Below are positions 1 through 12,600 of a DNA stretch of 64,000 nucleotides, in pieces (position 1 is the first letter of the stretch; the number at the start of each line of letters is the position of its first letter). Made by a program: the position numbers and the translations under genes. Below the pieces are notes generated by a model, which searched no databases, had not been told where the DNA came from, and was given only the letters and a program-made list of their open reading frames with translations. Location of the stretch: positions 620,001 to 684,000 of the forward strand of contig CM061254.1 of assembly GCA_022605425.2 (NCBI GenBank), read 5' to 3'. This DNA comes from Hamiltosporidium tvaerminnensis FI-OER-3-3 (lineage: Eukaryota; Fungi; Microsporidia).

Positions 1-45
1 AGCTAATTCTAATTGAAAAAATTTTAACTTTTTCAAGCAGCAATG

Positions 46-105
46 TTTTTTGAGAACTAATAATCTGTAGATATATTTTTTTGAGAACTAATAATCTGTA
101 GATAT
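46..105. repeat. Two-copy ~31-bp tandem duplication
   Basis: TTTTTTGAGAACTAATAATCTGTAGATATA occurs twice back to back. Confidence 0.9.
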
Positions 106-1649
106 ATATATATCCGATTTAAAAATTTTTAGGTGATTTAAATATTTTTTATGGATATAAAAAGTAAAAACAAAATACACTTATGAAATTACAGAAAAAC
201 TAGATATGAATATCGGATGAAATTAAGCAATAAAAAAAATTCGCCAATTAGAAAATTCTCATAATAAATATCTTTAAAAGCAAAAAAAAGCCATGAGACA
301 GTTCGTATATTCAAAGTTCTATCTTTTAATACAGAAAAGCTTGGTTTTTAGTATGAGTCCTCAAATAGAATACATCTCGGCTTTATTTTTGTATCCAAGC
401 TCTTAGATTGAAAAAATTCATCTTTATGCGCTAAACACGAGTCGAAAAGCAACCCAAACTAGAAATTGCCCAACTTTTAATGCGACACAAACAGGGTATT
501 TTAAGAAGCGCTAATAAAGCCTTTGAGAATTATAGGATATTGTATTGAAATACTTGAACCACTTTAAGTCGAATAAATGAAGAAATTTGGTCAAACGAAC
601 GATTAAAACATACCGATTTTCTTCTTAGGTTTTATTTTCGCCTGATACTGAACAAATGTATAATTTAGAATGATTTTTGAAAAAATCAACGAAATTCAGT
701 GAATTTAAATGGAAAAATTCCTTTCATTTTTAAAAAATTCTATCAGATTCTCATTAATGAACTATTGAGTTTTAGATAAGGATCTAGCTACACATAATAC
801 TCTACTCTTAAGGTAAAACAAATAAAAGGTATTATATGTCAACAAGCGGATAGGTGAAATTTAAAGAACGATTTACAATAGAGACGAAATTGCTTTTGAT
901 GCCGGAAAAATAAAGAAAATTTTAAGCCAAATAATCCGAATCTTTATCTAGAAGGTGCTGTGAATGTGTAATTTCTTTTTTTATTTCGAAGGTTTTTTTT
1001 ACATTTTATATGATAATGGATTCTTAACATACAAACGAAATCAACCGGTTAAAGCTTAGATCTAAGAAAAATTATTTTTCAATGCGATGTCAAAAAAGTA
1101 CGAATTTCTAACTCAAAAATCACTTTTCTAAAAAGACATAAGCAGTGCCGTTTTCTAAACATACATTGGCAGGAGCAATTTGAAAATTGGAATTTAAAGA
1201 ATGTTTTTTTACAAAAGTACCTTGTTATTGATGATGGCCTTCACAATCGAAAATATAGAGAAAATTAATATCCAGGATAATAATTTCTTTTTCCTCATGA
1301 AATAATTAGGGTATATTCTCTTTACACTCTGTACTAATAAAAAGAATTGATGTATAATAGAGGTAATGACAAAATTAAAAATATTAATAAATTTTTGTCT
1401 GTATAAACAATATTTTCAATTTTTACTTTACTATATTGTTGAATTCTTCTATTGCAAACATATATTATATGCGAATTCATGACAGGGTGATTATATATGT
1501 AAATTCTTATAAAACCTATGAAACTTTAATTGCGCAATTAATCATTTGTACTTTTTGTAGCTTAAATCAAATTATTGACAAAATTAGTTCATTTTGTTGG
1601 TAATTTAAAACACTGCTCAAAAATAAACAGAAAAAAGCTACAGATTGAA

Positions 1650-1703
1650 TCAATGACTTCGTCTTCGCCAGTTACTTCCCGGATGAGAGTGAAGGCGAAT
1701 TGA
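1650..1703 (+). ncRNA. Decayed twister-like ribozyme relic
   Basis: TCAA-TGA-CTTC-GT-CTTC-G-CCAG-TTAC-TTC-CCGG-ATGAG-AGTG-AAGGCGAA-TTGA is colinear with the type-P1 twister consensus (P1-UAA-P2-GC..GCCGGUCCCAAGCCCGGAUAAA-AGUG-GAGGG-P1). P1 TCAA/TTGA still pairs, but many core positions are mutated. Confidence 0.35.
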
Positions 1704-1920
1704 GCATTGGGCTAATGGTTCTACCTTGGAAAACACTTACGTGGTATAGAATATTTAAAAATCTTTAAGATAACAGGACTAACTAAAACAGAAAATTTAC
1801 TAAAAAAGAAACAAAGCCAAAGGCAGCAAAAGTTTAAAAATAAACTAAAAATTGCGAACTGGAATGTGGGAATTCTCATGAGGCAGAAACTCTAAAAGTT
1901 TGTTTATATTCGATTAGAAC
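1650..1920 (+). mobile_element. 5' remnant of an RTE-clade non-LTR retrotransposon (5'UTR plus start of APE endonuclease)
   Basis: 1848-1877 reads KIANWNVGIL, matching the APE N-terminal motif (I)ATWNVRTL. Upstream TTGAGCATTGGGCTAATGGTTCTACCTTGGAAAA resembles an RTE 5'UTR motif. The frame closes shortly after. Confidence 0.55.
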
Positions 1921-3224
1921 TCTGAGACAAACAACATTCTTTTAAGGGAAAAAATTAAATATTTTACGGTTAAATAACGAATGAAAAATCTGTAGATTAA
2001 AATGTTACCATTATCATATAAAATTCTGGGCTAACATGTTGTTACTTTTTCGAATATCTTCTAATACCTCTTTAATTAATTTGTACTTTTACAAATCAGA
2101 CATCTTTTTTTTAGTTTTATCTTGTTCCTTTCCAAAATAAACGATTTAATATTTTCGATTAAGATTTCTAAAATCATTTGCTTCGCTTGTTTATTTTATC
2201 GAAGTGGATTTCTCGTGGATCGTAAATTCTCTAGAAACATCATTGACACCGTTTTCTTAGCTCAATTTAAACGATTATTTGAATTCCGTCTTTAACTTTT
2301 CATATTTAAAACTGATTAATTTTCTATCTATATGATATTGATACAGCGAAGAGCTATTTATCAAAATATTTAAAATGCTAACATAAACAGAAGTCGCACA
2401 TAAGAGAATTTTCTACTAAAACGACACAAATCGGTTTAGCAATGTTCTTTCCGTAATAAAACACCCAAAGAACAATTCTTTCTTTAGGAACTATATTTTT
2501 AAGCTTTTTGTCTGGTGATAATAAATATACCGAATATTTCTCTAATACGATGTAAAACTCCAAAATTTAATTTATTGGCATAATTTTTATCATTGGTGAT
2601 TCACATTGGAATCGCCATATGATGACATTGAGCAAAGCATAGTTCCTCATATGCAATTATAGCTGACTTATTAAGAACATCTCATTCCTAATTAAAACAA
2701 ATGCTTGCATTTCATTTAAAAACCTGCGAACGTTGACAAATAGATGAAATAGAAGAAAGAGTTATCGGCAAGATAATGTATGATCAAATTTTCTTTTTGG
2801 TCGACACTGGATGTTGAGTGCTATTTTGTAAAACAATAAAAACTTATATATATAAATGCTTCAAATAGAACTTTCAAGGCTTAGGAAATCTACATATCAA
2901 TTTAACTCTTGAAAAGTACACTATCCTTAAATAAAAACATTCGTGTTTATTCATATTCAGAGAGAATTAAGATTTTACTCAGGTTTGTATTAACTGTTAC
3001 ACAAATTTTGTATTAGAATCACGTGTTCATACAAAGATAATTTAAAATTTATGATTGAGATTGAAAAAGTTTCAAAAAAAAAACATAATTTTCACGATAG
3101 ACTCTACTAGAATGATTCTTTTTACCATTAAATTAATAGAAAAACCATAAATCCAAACTCTAAATACTATGGATGTATAATAAATGTAGTTTATATTACA
3201 AGTCACGAGGCATAAACCCCCCCA

Positions 3225-5209
3225 TGTCCAATAGAGACCCGGTTATTTTCTAATAATTTATAGAACCCCGGTTATTTTCATATATTTCATCAAAAACTCA
3301 TATATTCAAAATCCGGTGGGGTTTTTTTCTAAATTAAATAGATGGCTATTTAAGGAGAGCGGTATAGTTTAAAACTTATATTTCCTGCATAATGAATTTT
3401 TTAAAATTTCGAAAAGATAAAAAAAGCTTAATGTTACCATTTAATCAAGAAAGAATGTATTATATTTGCAAACTAAACAAACCAAATATAATGAAATACG
3501 TTACATTACGCCGAACAAAACCGTTCTTCGGTTAACATCGTTGTTTTGCTTTGATCATATTCTTCATAAAAATTGCTATAATGTAAAACCGAATTATGGT
3601 AAAAGAAGCCAAAAGTTACTATTTTCATTTTTGTATTCCTTTAGATGTCTTTTTTATCAGAACTTTATCTCCAACAGACAAACACTCGTGTGTTTATTTA
3701 AATAGTTGCTCTATATGGTTCTTTATCGCAAATTTCAAGATTCTAGAAAACAAACGCAAAGATTTTAGCTCGTTTTCGAAATCATCAACTTTTTTGGTGC
3801 GGCGGTACTTTCGGTTTCATTAAGTTCATCACGCACAACCTAGGCAATCCCTAGGCTTCATCGTGTATTCCTCGCATTTTCTTATGTTAAAACCATACCA
3901 GAATCTACTTCAATAGAAGACATTCTTGTACTGATTTCGATTTCATTTATTAGGCTTCTTAAAAGAGGATTGTGAAAATCTGGTTGCCTTGAAGAAAAAC
4001 AGAAATGAAAACTGTTTATTGCACTATTGATTGTTCTACTATAGCCACAAATCACATCATTAAGATGTTATATCTAGATCTTTCTATTTTTTTCATGCGA
4101 TTTCCTTGCTAGCTATCTTTTTTATGTTATGATTTACACGTTCGAATTGACCTTGCGCCATCGGATTGCGTGATCTTAATGTATAACTTTGATGCTAAGA
4201 TATTTCTAAAAAAATTCGAGTATTAAATGTTCAAGGTCTCATATATCATCAGATTCTGTACACTGAAATACCAAAGTTGTTTATTATAAGATTAATGTAT
4301 CTTTTGCTATTTCCATAGTCCTATTAATTATCTTAAAGCTCTACGGATATTTTGTATATGTGCCAATTACATCATAAGTCAGCAATATTGATCATTTTAG
4401 TCACTTTATTTCTGTATATTACACAATCTTACATATAATTATCATACGTGTTGGTGGTATAGTGGATAAATATCGCCGTTTGTTTGTGTAGAATTAAATC
4501 TTCTGCCTGCTTTACAGTCTTCAACATACTTTTTTGTGTAGGCTTTTTTAATCCCATAGTATTTTTGCTCAGTCAAAGCCATCGTATTATTTACTCGATG
4601 CAATAACGTGCTTTGTTTCAATGATATGTTTAATCAAGGCGGGTTCGTGTGAAAATGACTTGCATTAGACGATTTAATCGTTTAAAGCAAATATGATTCA
4701 TGTGCACTTCAAATGCCCTGCCTTCTGCTTTAAAACTTCTTTTCTTCTGTGGAATACATAACTGGATATTGATGGGTATTAAATATGTTGTGTAAATTTT
4801 TTTTCTAGTCTATTTTTACAACTTTAAATCTTTGGCAATGGAGTTAGATTGCATATGAGTTTTAACAAAATAAATACTTAGAAGAAAATGAACAAATAAC
4901 ATGAAAGCTTTAAATACATTTAGATAGTATGTAATTTTGTAAAATGCCTGTATATTGCCATTTCGAATATGTTTATGCTTTACAAATACAAATAAACACA
5001 AAAAAAACTGAAAAACGCAAGCAAGAAAATAAAAGAGGAATATAAATTTTATTAGGTAATTATTTATATTTACCCTATCCTACCTTTTTTTACAAGAGAA
5101 AGTTAAAAAAAGATAAATAAGAAACCATATGGAAAAAAATGGGAAATCAGAAGATGTATAGGAACAACCTGGATAAATAGCGGCGTGAATGTATAAGGGT
5201 CTAAGAACA
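3225..5209 (-). mobile_element. Decayed Ginger-like (Gypsy-integrase/KRBA2-like) DNA transposon, copy A
   Basis: Minus-strand fragments: YPVMYSTEEKR, Zn-finger relic VNNTMALTEQKYYGIKKAYTKKYVEDCKAG, RNPMAQGQFERVNH (4129-4170, integrase E motif), VGDKVLIKK. Many stops and frameshifts. 3' terminus ATTGGACA at 3225 is shared with copy B. The 5' end near 5209 is approximate. Confidence 0.75.
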
Positions 5210-5234
5210 AAAGGGTAATATAAAATATTTTGTT

Positions 5235-6885
5235 ATAAAATTCCTAACTGTTAAGCTAAAACGAGATTATTTTTTACATGGTTGATATATTGGCTCCTAA
5301 AAAAGTATTTTTTTAATTAATCTAGTGTGACGAAATATTTTTAAACTTGATATCAGTTCGCTTTGTACTTCGATAATGAGGCAGAGTCGGATTGTGTTTT
5401 CCATCTTCTCATATCCCCAAATATTTATAAAGACGAACACTACTTATAAAAAAGACGATATTCAAAAGACGCATCATTAGGAACAGAATTTTCTTTGTTT
5501 GTCTCTAATACAGTGGCCTAGAATAAAACTTAGGCATAATCTGCCCTATCATTTCTACACCGAGCCTTCATCTGTTAAGCGCTTAAGAGTACGATAAACA
5601 AGAGTTGATAAGTAAAGTGCGATTCATTATCATTATGTATTGACACTTTTGTGTACTTCTAATTAGTTTTTTATTTAAAAGATCATTACACAACGCAAAC
5701 AACAAAATTTACAAACAATCTTCTTGCAGAATTACTCTCCAAATCTTCTTGCTTATTATTTTTCAGGCCCTACTAATAGAAATTTTGCATTTTAATATGA
5801 TTACACTAATAAATTTAAGAAGAAGATTAAGTTATTAAGGTTCTCAATGCCTTTAGCGCAGATGAATGATTTTATATGTCTTAAGCTTGCTTTATATTAA
5901 ATACAATTGCCTTAGAATTATTTTCCACTCTTTATTGTGTGCAATATATAACAGATCCCGATTCTCTGCTTTATGCACGTCATTTACCGTCTCTAATTGG
6001 TTTGGCTAACTATCCCAGTCTCTCCACAACATGTTAAACAATATTCCTTACACACGTTGCCGTTAACTTATAGATGTTAGACATACAAGTGATTAGCCTG
6101 TAATAAAAGCCTCTTCGCAGAATTTATTTCGATATCAAATATAAAAGCCCACGAGTAAGCCAATAAACTTGGAATTTTCCTTTTAACCTCATAGCACCAC
6201 AATATCATAATGATGTTTCCAGAGAGTTTGAAGTTTCTTGATGAAGAAATTGTAAATACCATCAATTCCAGTAACTTCCAATTTGAAAGGTTATAAATGA
6301 TACTTTCGAATTCTTCAAGTAGATACACAGGGCGAAGAAAATTACAATACAAATGCAATAATAATCATGATTTTGACTGTGTTATTATTTTTGTTCCACA
6401 TCGTAGACAAAAAATCACAATTTTATTATGCCTGACTATATGCTTAAATTCAATACGTGCAAAAGGCTCATGATAAGATCGACCTAGGAAAAACTAAAAG
6501 ATGCGATCACATTTTTTGAAATTGCTGCCACTTTCATATATACAAGCTTTGACAATGACTTCAAAACCCATTCATCTTTGCTGGACCCCTTAAAGATAAT
6601 CCGATACTATAGCTTAATTTTACTCTACTATGATTTTTTGCAGAATTTTGTTTCAGCAGCGGTTTATTTTTTCTGTCTATAGAGTTTCTCAAATGGTTAT
6701 TTTGACGTACAATTCAGGAATTCTACCTTTTATTTTTCCCTTAAAGGCGGATATAGACTTATGGTTGCCTATTTCCTTGTGATAGAATTACTTTGTTGTT
6801 TTCAAAAAATACACAGGGTTTGTAATTAACCTGGTACATAAGCTCGGCAATATTCACAGACTATTTGATAAGAGCAGTTTAACCA
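5235..6885 (-). mobile_element. Old decayed copy (5'/RT half) of the R4/Dong-like element
   Basis: Reverse complement aligns colinearly with ~24890-26570, e.g. CTGGAATTGATGGTATTTACAATTT, GTCTAC(G/A)ATGTGGAACAAAAAT, AGCAAGAAGATT, GTCACACTAGAT. Retains YKYLG. Explains ORF 6077-6358. Confidence 0.85.
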
Positions 6886-7257
6886 CTTAAATTATTTATA
6901 ATATATATACTTACATATAATTTTAACAATGTACAGACTCTGAAGTCGGAATATAATGAGTTAAGAAAACTTCCAATGAAGCAACAAAGAAACAATATTA
7001 GAGTGGTGCTGAAAAGTCAGACTATATATTATGAAAACGATTATATAAAAATAAGGATAATTATTTGTCAAAATTAACATGTTAAGTATAAAAAATTCGT
7101 AATATAGACTACAGATATATCCAAAATAAAATAAAATGCAATAAATAAATTTTCGATATAGTAATTTTATAAATAAAACAGAGATTAAAATTCATTATGA
7201 AATACATTAAAACCATTAATTTAATAAATTAAAAAAATTATTGTTTAGTTTTGATAA

Positions 7258-9651
7258 TCAATCCATAGTAGCTTTCTTTGTGCGATTAGTCTCATAAATA
7301 ATCTCACAAGAATACCTAAAACTAGAAATATGGTCAAAATCCAAAACTCCATACAATCCTAAAAATGTATAATTCTTGCATTCAAATAAATGAATATATT
7401 TTTTAAGATTCATTGTTTTTGAAGGTAGTCCTATAAGCAATATCTTGAGTCTTCTGAAGATGAATAGCTTGGTAAATTCAAAATTATAAAAAATATTTAC
7501 ATTTAAGTGCAATTCTTGTAATGTATTAAGAAGATTTGTATTAATAAGTTTTTCAAAAATGTTTAACTCTGGTGAATTTTTTACAATTCCTAATTCTAGA
7601 AAATACAATCGTTTAAAATTGGAAAAATGCTCCAAATCATCCTGGTAAAGAGAAAATACATAATACGAAAGTCTTTCAAGATCTGCTATATTATAAAACA
7701 TAGAAAATATATTTAAACTACTATGAAAATTAATGTTGGCGAATTTAGATTCAACTTCAAACTTCAAGGTTTTAAGTTTAGGTCTATGTAGTATAGATGG
7801 ATGTGGTTGTGATTCTGACATATTTTCGGTCTTAGGAGGAAAATTTCTTCTAATATATAATATATATACTTCATAGAAGCAAAGAGATTGCGTAAACTTG
7901 CAACTCTGTATAAAATGAAATAATTTGGGATTTAATGTATTTTTTGATGCTTTAAATTCGAAATATATAATTGGACTATTTGAAAAATTAAAACACTTGT
8001 CATCGAGAAAGTTGTTATCTTCAAATTTATAAAAGCAAACCGATGTTAACCTATTACACCTCAGGATTATCGACAATAGTTCAGTGGTCAACATTATATT
8101 TGCCAAATATAGTTTTTTCAAAGACTTGAATAAACCTAAAAACTCATAGTTTTTTAGCCGGTTACCACTAGTCTTCAACAAATCAATTTTTAGACGCTTA
8201 ATTCTTTCGAGATTGAATTTGTGAAAATTGAACGATTCATACGTGTTTATATAGAAATGTAAGTCTGCGCCATACAAATATTTATAATATCCATCAACAA
8301 TCGGCATTCTGTAGGTTTCTTGTGAATTTGATATTTTATTCTTAACAGATGAATCTATAAATATATTGTGCTTGTTTCCATTTAAAAAATATTGTGGTGT
8401 TCGATGTTTCATATAATCTATTCGTGACACAATTAATTTAAACATTTTCAAATCCCGAATAATATCAAGATTTTCTATTGTATTCAACTCATGCATTTCT
8501 AAAGAAAAAATATCAAATTGCAATATTTCAGTAGTTTTAAAATAATGCATTTTAGGTAGAAATGGCTTGAATAAAGCGTTATTAATAAGTTTTATGTTTT
8601 TAACCATTTTAAAAAATCCACTGTTATGTAATTTATCAATTAGGGACATGTTATATGAAGCATATATTATAGCTTTATTAATATTATTAGGCATTAAATA
8701 TACAAACTTATTCATATCAAACGAATTTTGAACATCTTTAATATTTCCAATATATAGTCTATTAATATATAAAAGTCTTCGTAATATTCGCCACTTATGG
8801 CAAGGAAATAAACTCATACTGTGTAAATATGGCAGAAAATTTGTTTCAATGAGGAAAATAGTCACAATATATTTATATTCCTTGTTTGCGATCTGCATAT
8901 TTTTAGAGTTGATAAATTGAAATTGTCTATAATCATGAAACGTCTTATAAACTATAAACTCGTTAAACATGTAAAAATCAAGGAAGCATTCCAAAACATC
9001 GCGAATATTAAAATTGTCAAAATGCTTATAATCTAAAAAAGCTGATAATCCTGATTGTACAAAATATTCTTCATTAAAATTTTTAACGTAGAAAACCATA
9101 CTTTTAATGAATTCACAATAATTTTTATCTCTTTCAACGTTTAACACTTTTAGATATCGTAATATATTGAAAAACATTTTTAATTCTAATAACAAAATAT
9201 TATCACTAGACTGCGTTATCTTTAAAAAATACAAAAAATCAAAATATCCTTCTTTTTCTGTGTATATCGATATTTTCGTTTGTTTTTCAGAAATTTTACC
9301 TTCAAGGAAGCCAAATTTAAGAAAGTTATCACATGAATATAATACAGGGGATGTCGTCTCTGTGTGATTCTCCCCTTCTATTGCTCGGTCGCAATTTCGT
9401 AGCGTAGAAGAAGCACCTTCTTGCAGAAAATAGCATCCCACGTCATTTGTAGAAGTCTTGATGTTTTCTTTTTCATTTATAATCCAAACATTTATTTCTA
9501 TTCCGCAAATACAGCTATTTACTGCAAATAATAAAAACAAATGACAATATATAATGCATATCTGCACATAATATCGAATAATATAATTAAAAAAGCATTT
9601 ATACTTGCAATTGAAGTTCGAAAAATATTTTTGTAGATCCATTAGCATCAT
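7258..9651 (-). CDS. Leucine-rich-repeat-like protein, 797 aa, with hydrophobic N-terminal segment (expanded microsporidian family type)
   Basis: Long intact ORF with LxxLxL repeats (FKSLKKLYL, CNRLTSVCF, RPKLKTLKF, ADLERLSY, FKRLYFLEL, LNTLQELHL, FRRLKILLI). Hydrophobic stretch at aa ~24-50. GCCTACATAA directly before ATG. Confidence 0.8.
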   Translation of the reverse strand: MMLMDLQKYFSNFNCKYKCFFNYIIRYYVQICIIYCHLFLLFAVNSCICGIEINVWIINEKENIKTSTNDVGCYFLQEGASSTLRNCDRAIEGENHTETTSPVLYSCDNFLKFGFLEGKISEKQTKISIYTEKEGYFDFLYFLKITQSSDNILLLELKMFFNILRYLKVLNVERDKNYCEFIKSMVFYVKNFNEEYFVQSGLSAFLDYKHFDNFNIRDVLECFLDFYMFNEFIVYKTFHDYRQFQFINSKNMQIANKEYKYIVTIFLIETNFLPYLHSMSLFPCHKWRILRRLLYINRLYIGNIKDVQNSFDMNKFVYLMPNNINKAIIYASYNMSLIDKLHNSGFFKMVKNIKLINNALFKPFLPKMHYFKTTEILQFDIFSLEMHELNTIENLDIIRDLKMFKLIVSRIDYMKHRTPQYFLNGNKHNIFIDSSVKNKISNSQETYRMPIVDGYYKYLYGADLHFYINTYESFNFHKFNLERIKRLKIDLLKTSGNRLKNYEFLGLFKSLKKLYLANIMLTTELLSIILRCNRLTSVCFYKFEDNNFLDDKCFNFSNSPIIYFEFKASKNTLNPKLFHFIQSCKFTQSLCFYEVYILYIRRNFPPKTENMSESQPHPSILHRPKLKTLKFEVESKFANINFHSSLNIFSMFYNIADLERLSYYVFSLYQDDLEHFSNFKRLYFLELGIVKNSPELNIFEKLINTNLLNTLQELHLNVNIFYNFEFTKLFIFRRLKILLIGLPSKTMNLKKYIHLFECKNYTFLGLYGVLDFDHISSFRYSCEIIYETNRTKKATMD

Positions 9652-12600
9652 TTATGTAGGCTTTTCTTGATAATATATATTAAATTTAATATTTAATCTA
9701 AATATAAATTCTTTCATAATTACTGGTGTTTTAGTTTGCATTTAGAACGTTATAAAATCGTTTTATAATCTTTTTATCTTTTTTTGGCAATTATACACAT
9801 TATAATCGATTATAATTGTAAAATAAAAGATAAAAAACTTTTCTATTTGAATTAAAATTTGTCTCTTGCTCATAAAATAAAAAAAAATAGTTTCGCAAAT
9901 CGGATTTGCAATTTGATTTCCTCATAATCAATCAAATTGTGAATGGAGATATTAGCCTTTCCGGGTATGCATATTTATATTTGCGCTTTTAGCATTCTTC
10001 TCTTCTAAAAATTATTAATGCCTTTTTTACATTCAATAATGGTCTCATCCCCTCTTAATTATTAACCACTTACAAAATGCATAGCTTATTCCGAAAGATT
10101 TTTCTGGCTTTAGGGAAATTTATAACTACAAGGTGGTCATTTTCTTTTTACTTGTATTTATACTGAGAATTTTTGAATCCTTTTAACTATTTTAGATCAC
10201 CATTTACAAATAAAGTCAATTTGGAAAAATTTAAAAACAAATTGCAATATAAGATACTTAAAGCATGAACGGAACATAAATATTTAAACTTAAATAACAG
10301 TTTCTCTTTTATTGAAATTTTCCTAAGTCTTTTATTTTAAAAAAATTCTATGTCTTATAATATTCTTGTATTTCATTTAATTTTATTTGTTTCTTTAACC
10401 TATGATGCGAACACAATCCACAATTAAATTGTAAATTTGCCAATTAAAAGGCATTCGTGCTTTGTTTTTTCTTTGATTGGTTAGATTTTCAGCTCCGGGT
10501 AATTGTTCTTATAAAAGATGAAGGTGTATCAAAGGATATAGATCCCAGCCGTTCCGAAAGTCGATTTGCATAATTTGATGACCTATGTATCTAAGCGAGA
10601 GTTCTTTTCTGCTATCGAGATTTTTAAGCGCTTATAAACCTTAAAAACCATGGAGAAACTCTAAATGGCTTGATGGCACATATCTTCACTAATCTGAAAT
10701 AAAGTTTGAATATTTGCTTAGACATTAAATGTCATATTGGCTAATTCATTAAGTAAATACAGAAGGTTCAAGATAATCAACAAAGCTAGTTTGAAACTAT
10801 ATAGAACTTTATTTACTGTTTATTTTTTACCGCAAAATGTTTTTCGCACGAAGGCCTTCAAGAGCACAACCTATAAATAATACATTCTTACAAACCTTAG
10901 TCTTTATAATATTCTTAGCTTTATATTATTATTATTTTGTTTGGTATTAATTATCAAATAATTTTGCAATGTTGTTCAAATTTATGATAGGATATAGTTC
11001 AAAAACTTAAAAAAACGGTTCGATATTAAATGGAATTACAATTTTTGTAATTTTTTACAAAAAAACAATAGTTTAAAAATTGGTTTGAATTCTTTAGTAA
11101 AACTAAATGTGTTAAGATTATCGCTTTTTGCTTTTGCATGTTTAAAATTTATAACAGATATTCTGAATGCATGCTGCTTTTTCGACTTACAGGTGAATAT
11201 GATTTTTAAAATCACCAATATTAGTTATAGACTTAAATTCGGATTATTTGATTGTTGAAAGAGCCACTTAGTGATCTCGTATTGGATATTCTATAATCTA
11301 GACCATAATAAAATTTACAATACGAATCATCTTTTCTAAGAATATTTTCTTAATATATTAAAATATCGTGTAAAAAATGTATTTTTATTTACACCTAATT
11401 AAGATACTATTATTTTCGGCGGCCTTTGATTTAAAGCCAAATTGGAGGATTAAAGATTAATACAAATATAAAAATCCAAGACTCTTAAAATTAAAATATT
11501 ATGTATTTTTCATATTTAAAAGTTTCATGACCGAGTTTCGTATTGCTTACTCCAAACTCGGTTTCCTCAACATCAAATAAAATTCCGATTTAAGGTAAAC
11601 ATATAACACATGGAAATCAAATACTTAAATGAGCAAATTAAATTTCTTTGGAATTTAAACATCCATGGAATATAAAAATTTTAATTAGAAATTTTAATCA
11701 TTAATATATATTCCAGAGCTTTGTACCTTTTATTCGGATCTCTAAAATTTTAATCTACGTTGTATTTTTGTCAAAAATTTATTATAACAATAACAATTAT
11801 TCTGTAAAATGTATTCTAGAAATGATATTACAAAATTAAATCTTAATTTTGGTATTTATTTTCGTCAATATGAAGCCAAGATTATATTCTTCGATCTTTT
11901 ATGCTTATAATTTCATTCTAAATTATATTTGCGGTTACTAGATTATTTCATGTATCGTATAAAATGATAAAATAAAACCATTTAACACAATTATAGAGCT
12001 TACATTCATACCCTTTGCTATTATATTACCTAGTCTTCTATTTATTACCTTCAAATCCCTTTATCAGAAGTTCTTTTTATGTTTATACGAAAAAAAATTA
12101 CAAATATTCTATTTAGTATCATAACCGAGCAAACGGCTTGGATATAAAGAGATACGATAATTATCTATATCTGTTAACTTATTGAAAAATTTCATTTTGT
12201 GACAAATCTTCTATTAAAAATTTAACTTATAAACACGATGGAAGTTTTCGGGCTTCATAACGATGAATCCAAAAAAAATCATCCGATTTTTCCAAGCATT
12301 CTCTCATCTTATTCAATCCTCGTTTAATTTAAAATATAGGATTTAACGTATTTTGAGACCAAAAGAAGCTTTTTTAGAACAACTAAAATATGGCAATTTA
12401 TTTTTAAAAATTCCATTACAACAATTTTTCATTCCATTCTATGTTACAACGGTAAATATATCTACAAAAGAAGTGTGAAATTCATTTGTAATACATAGTC
12501 ACAATCTTTGACATATAAATTTGTTTATCTGGCTGCTTGTGTTTGCAGAGGTAATATACTATGGCGTTAGATTAGTTTAGGACAACGATCAACATAATAT

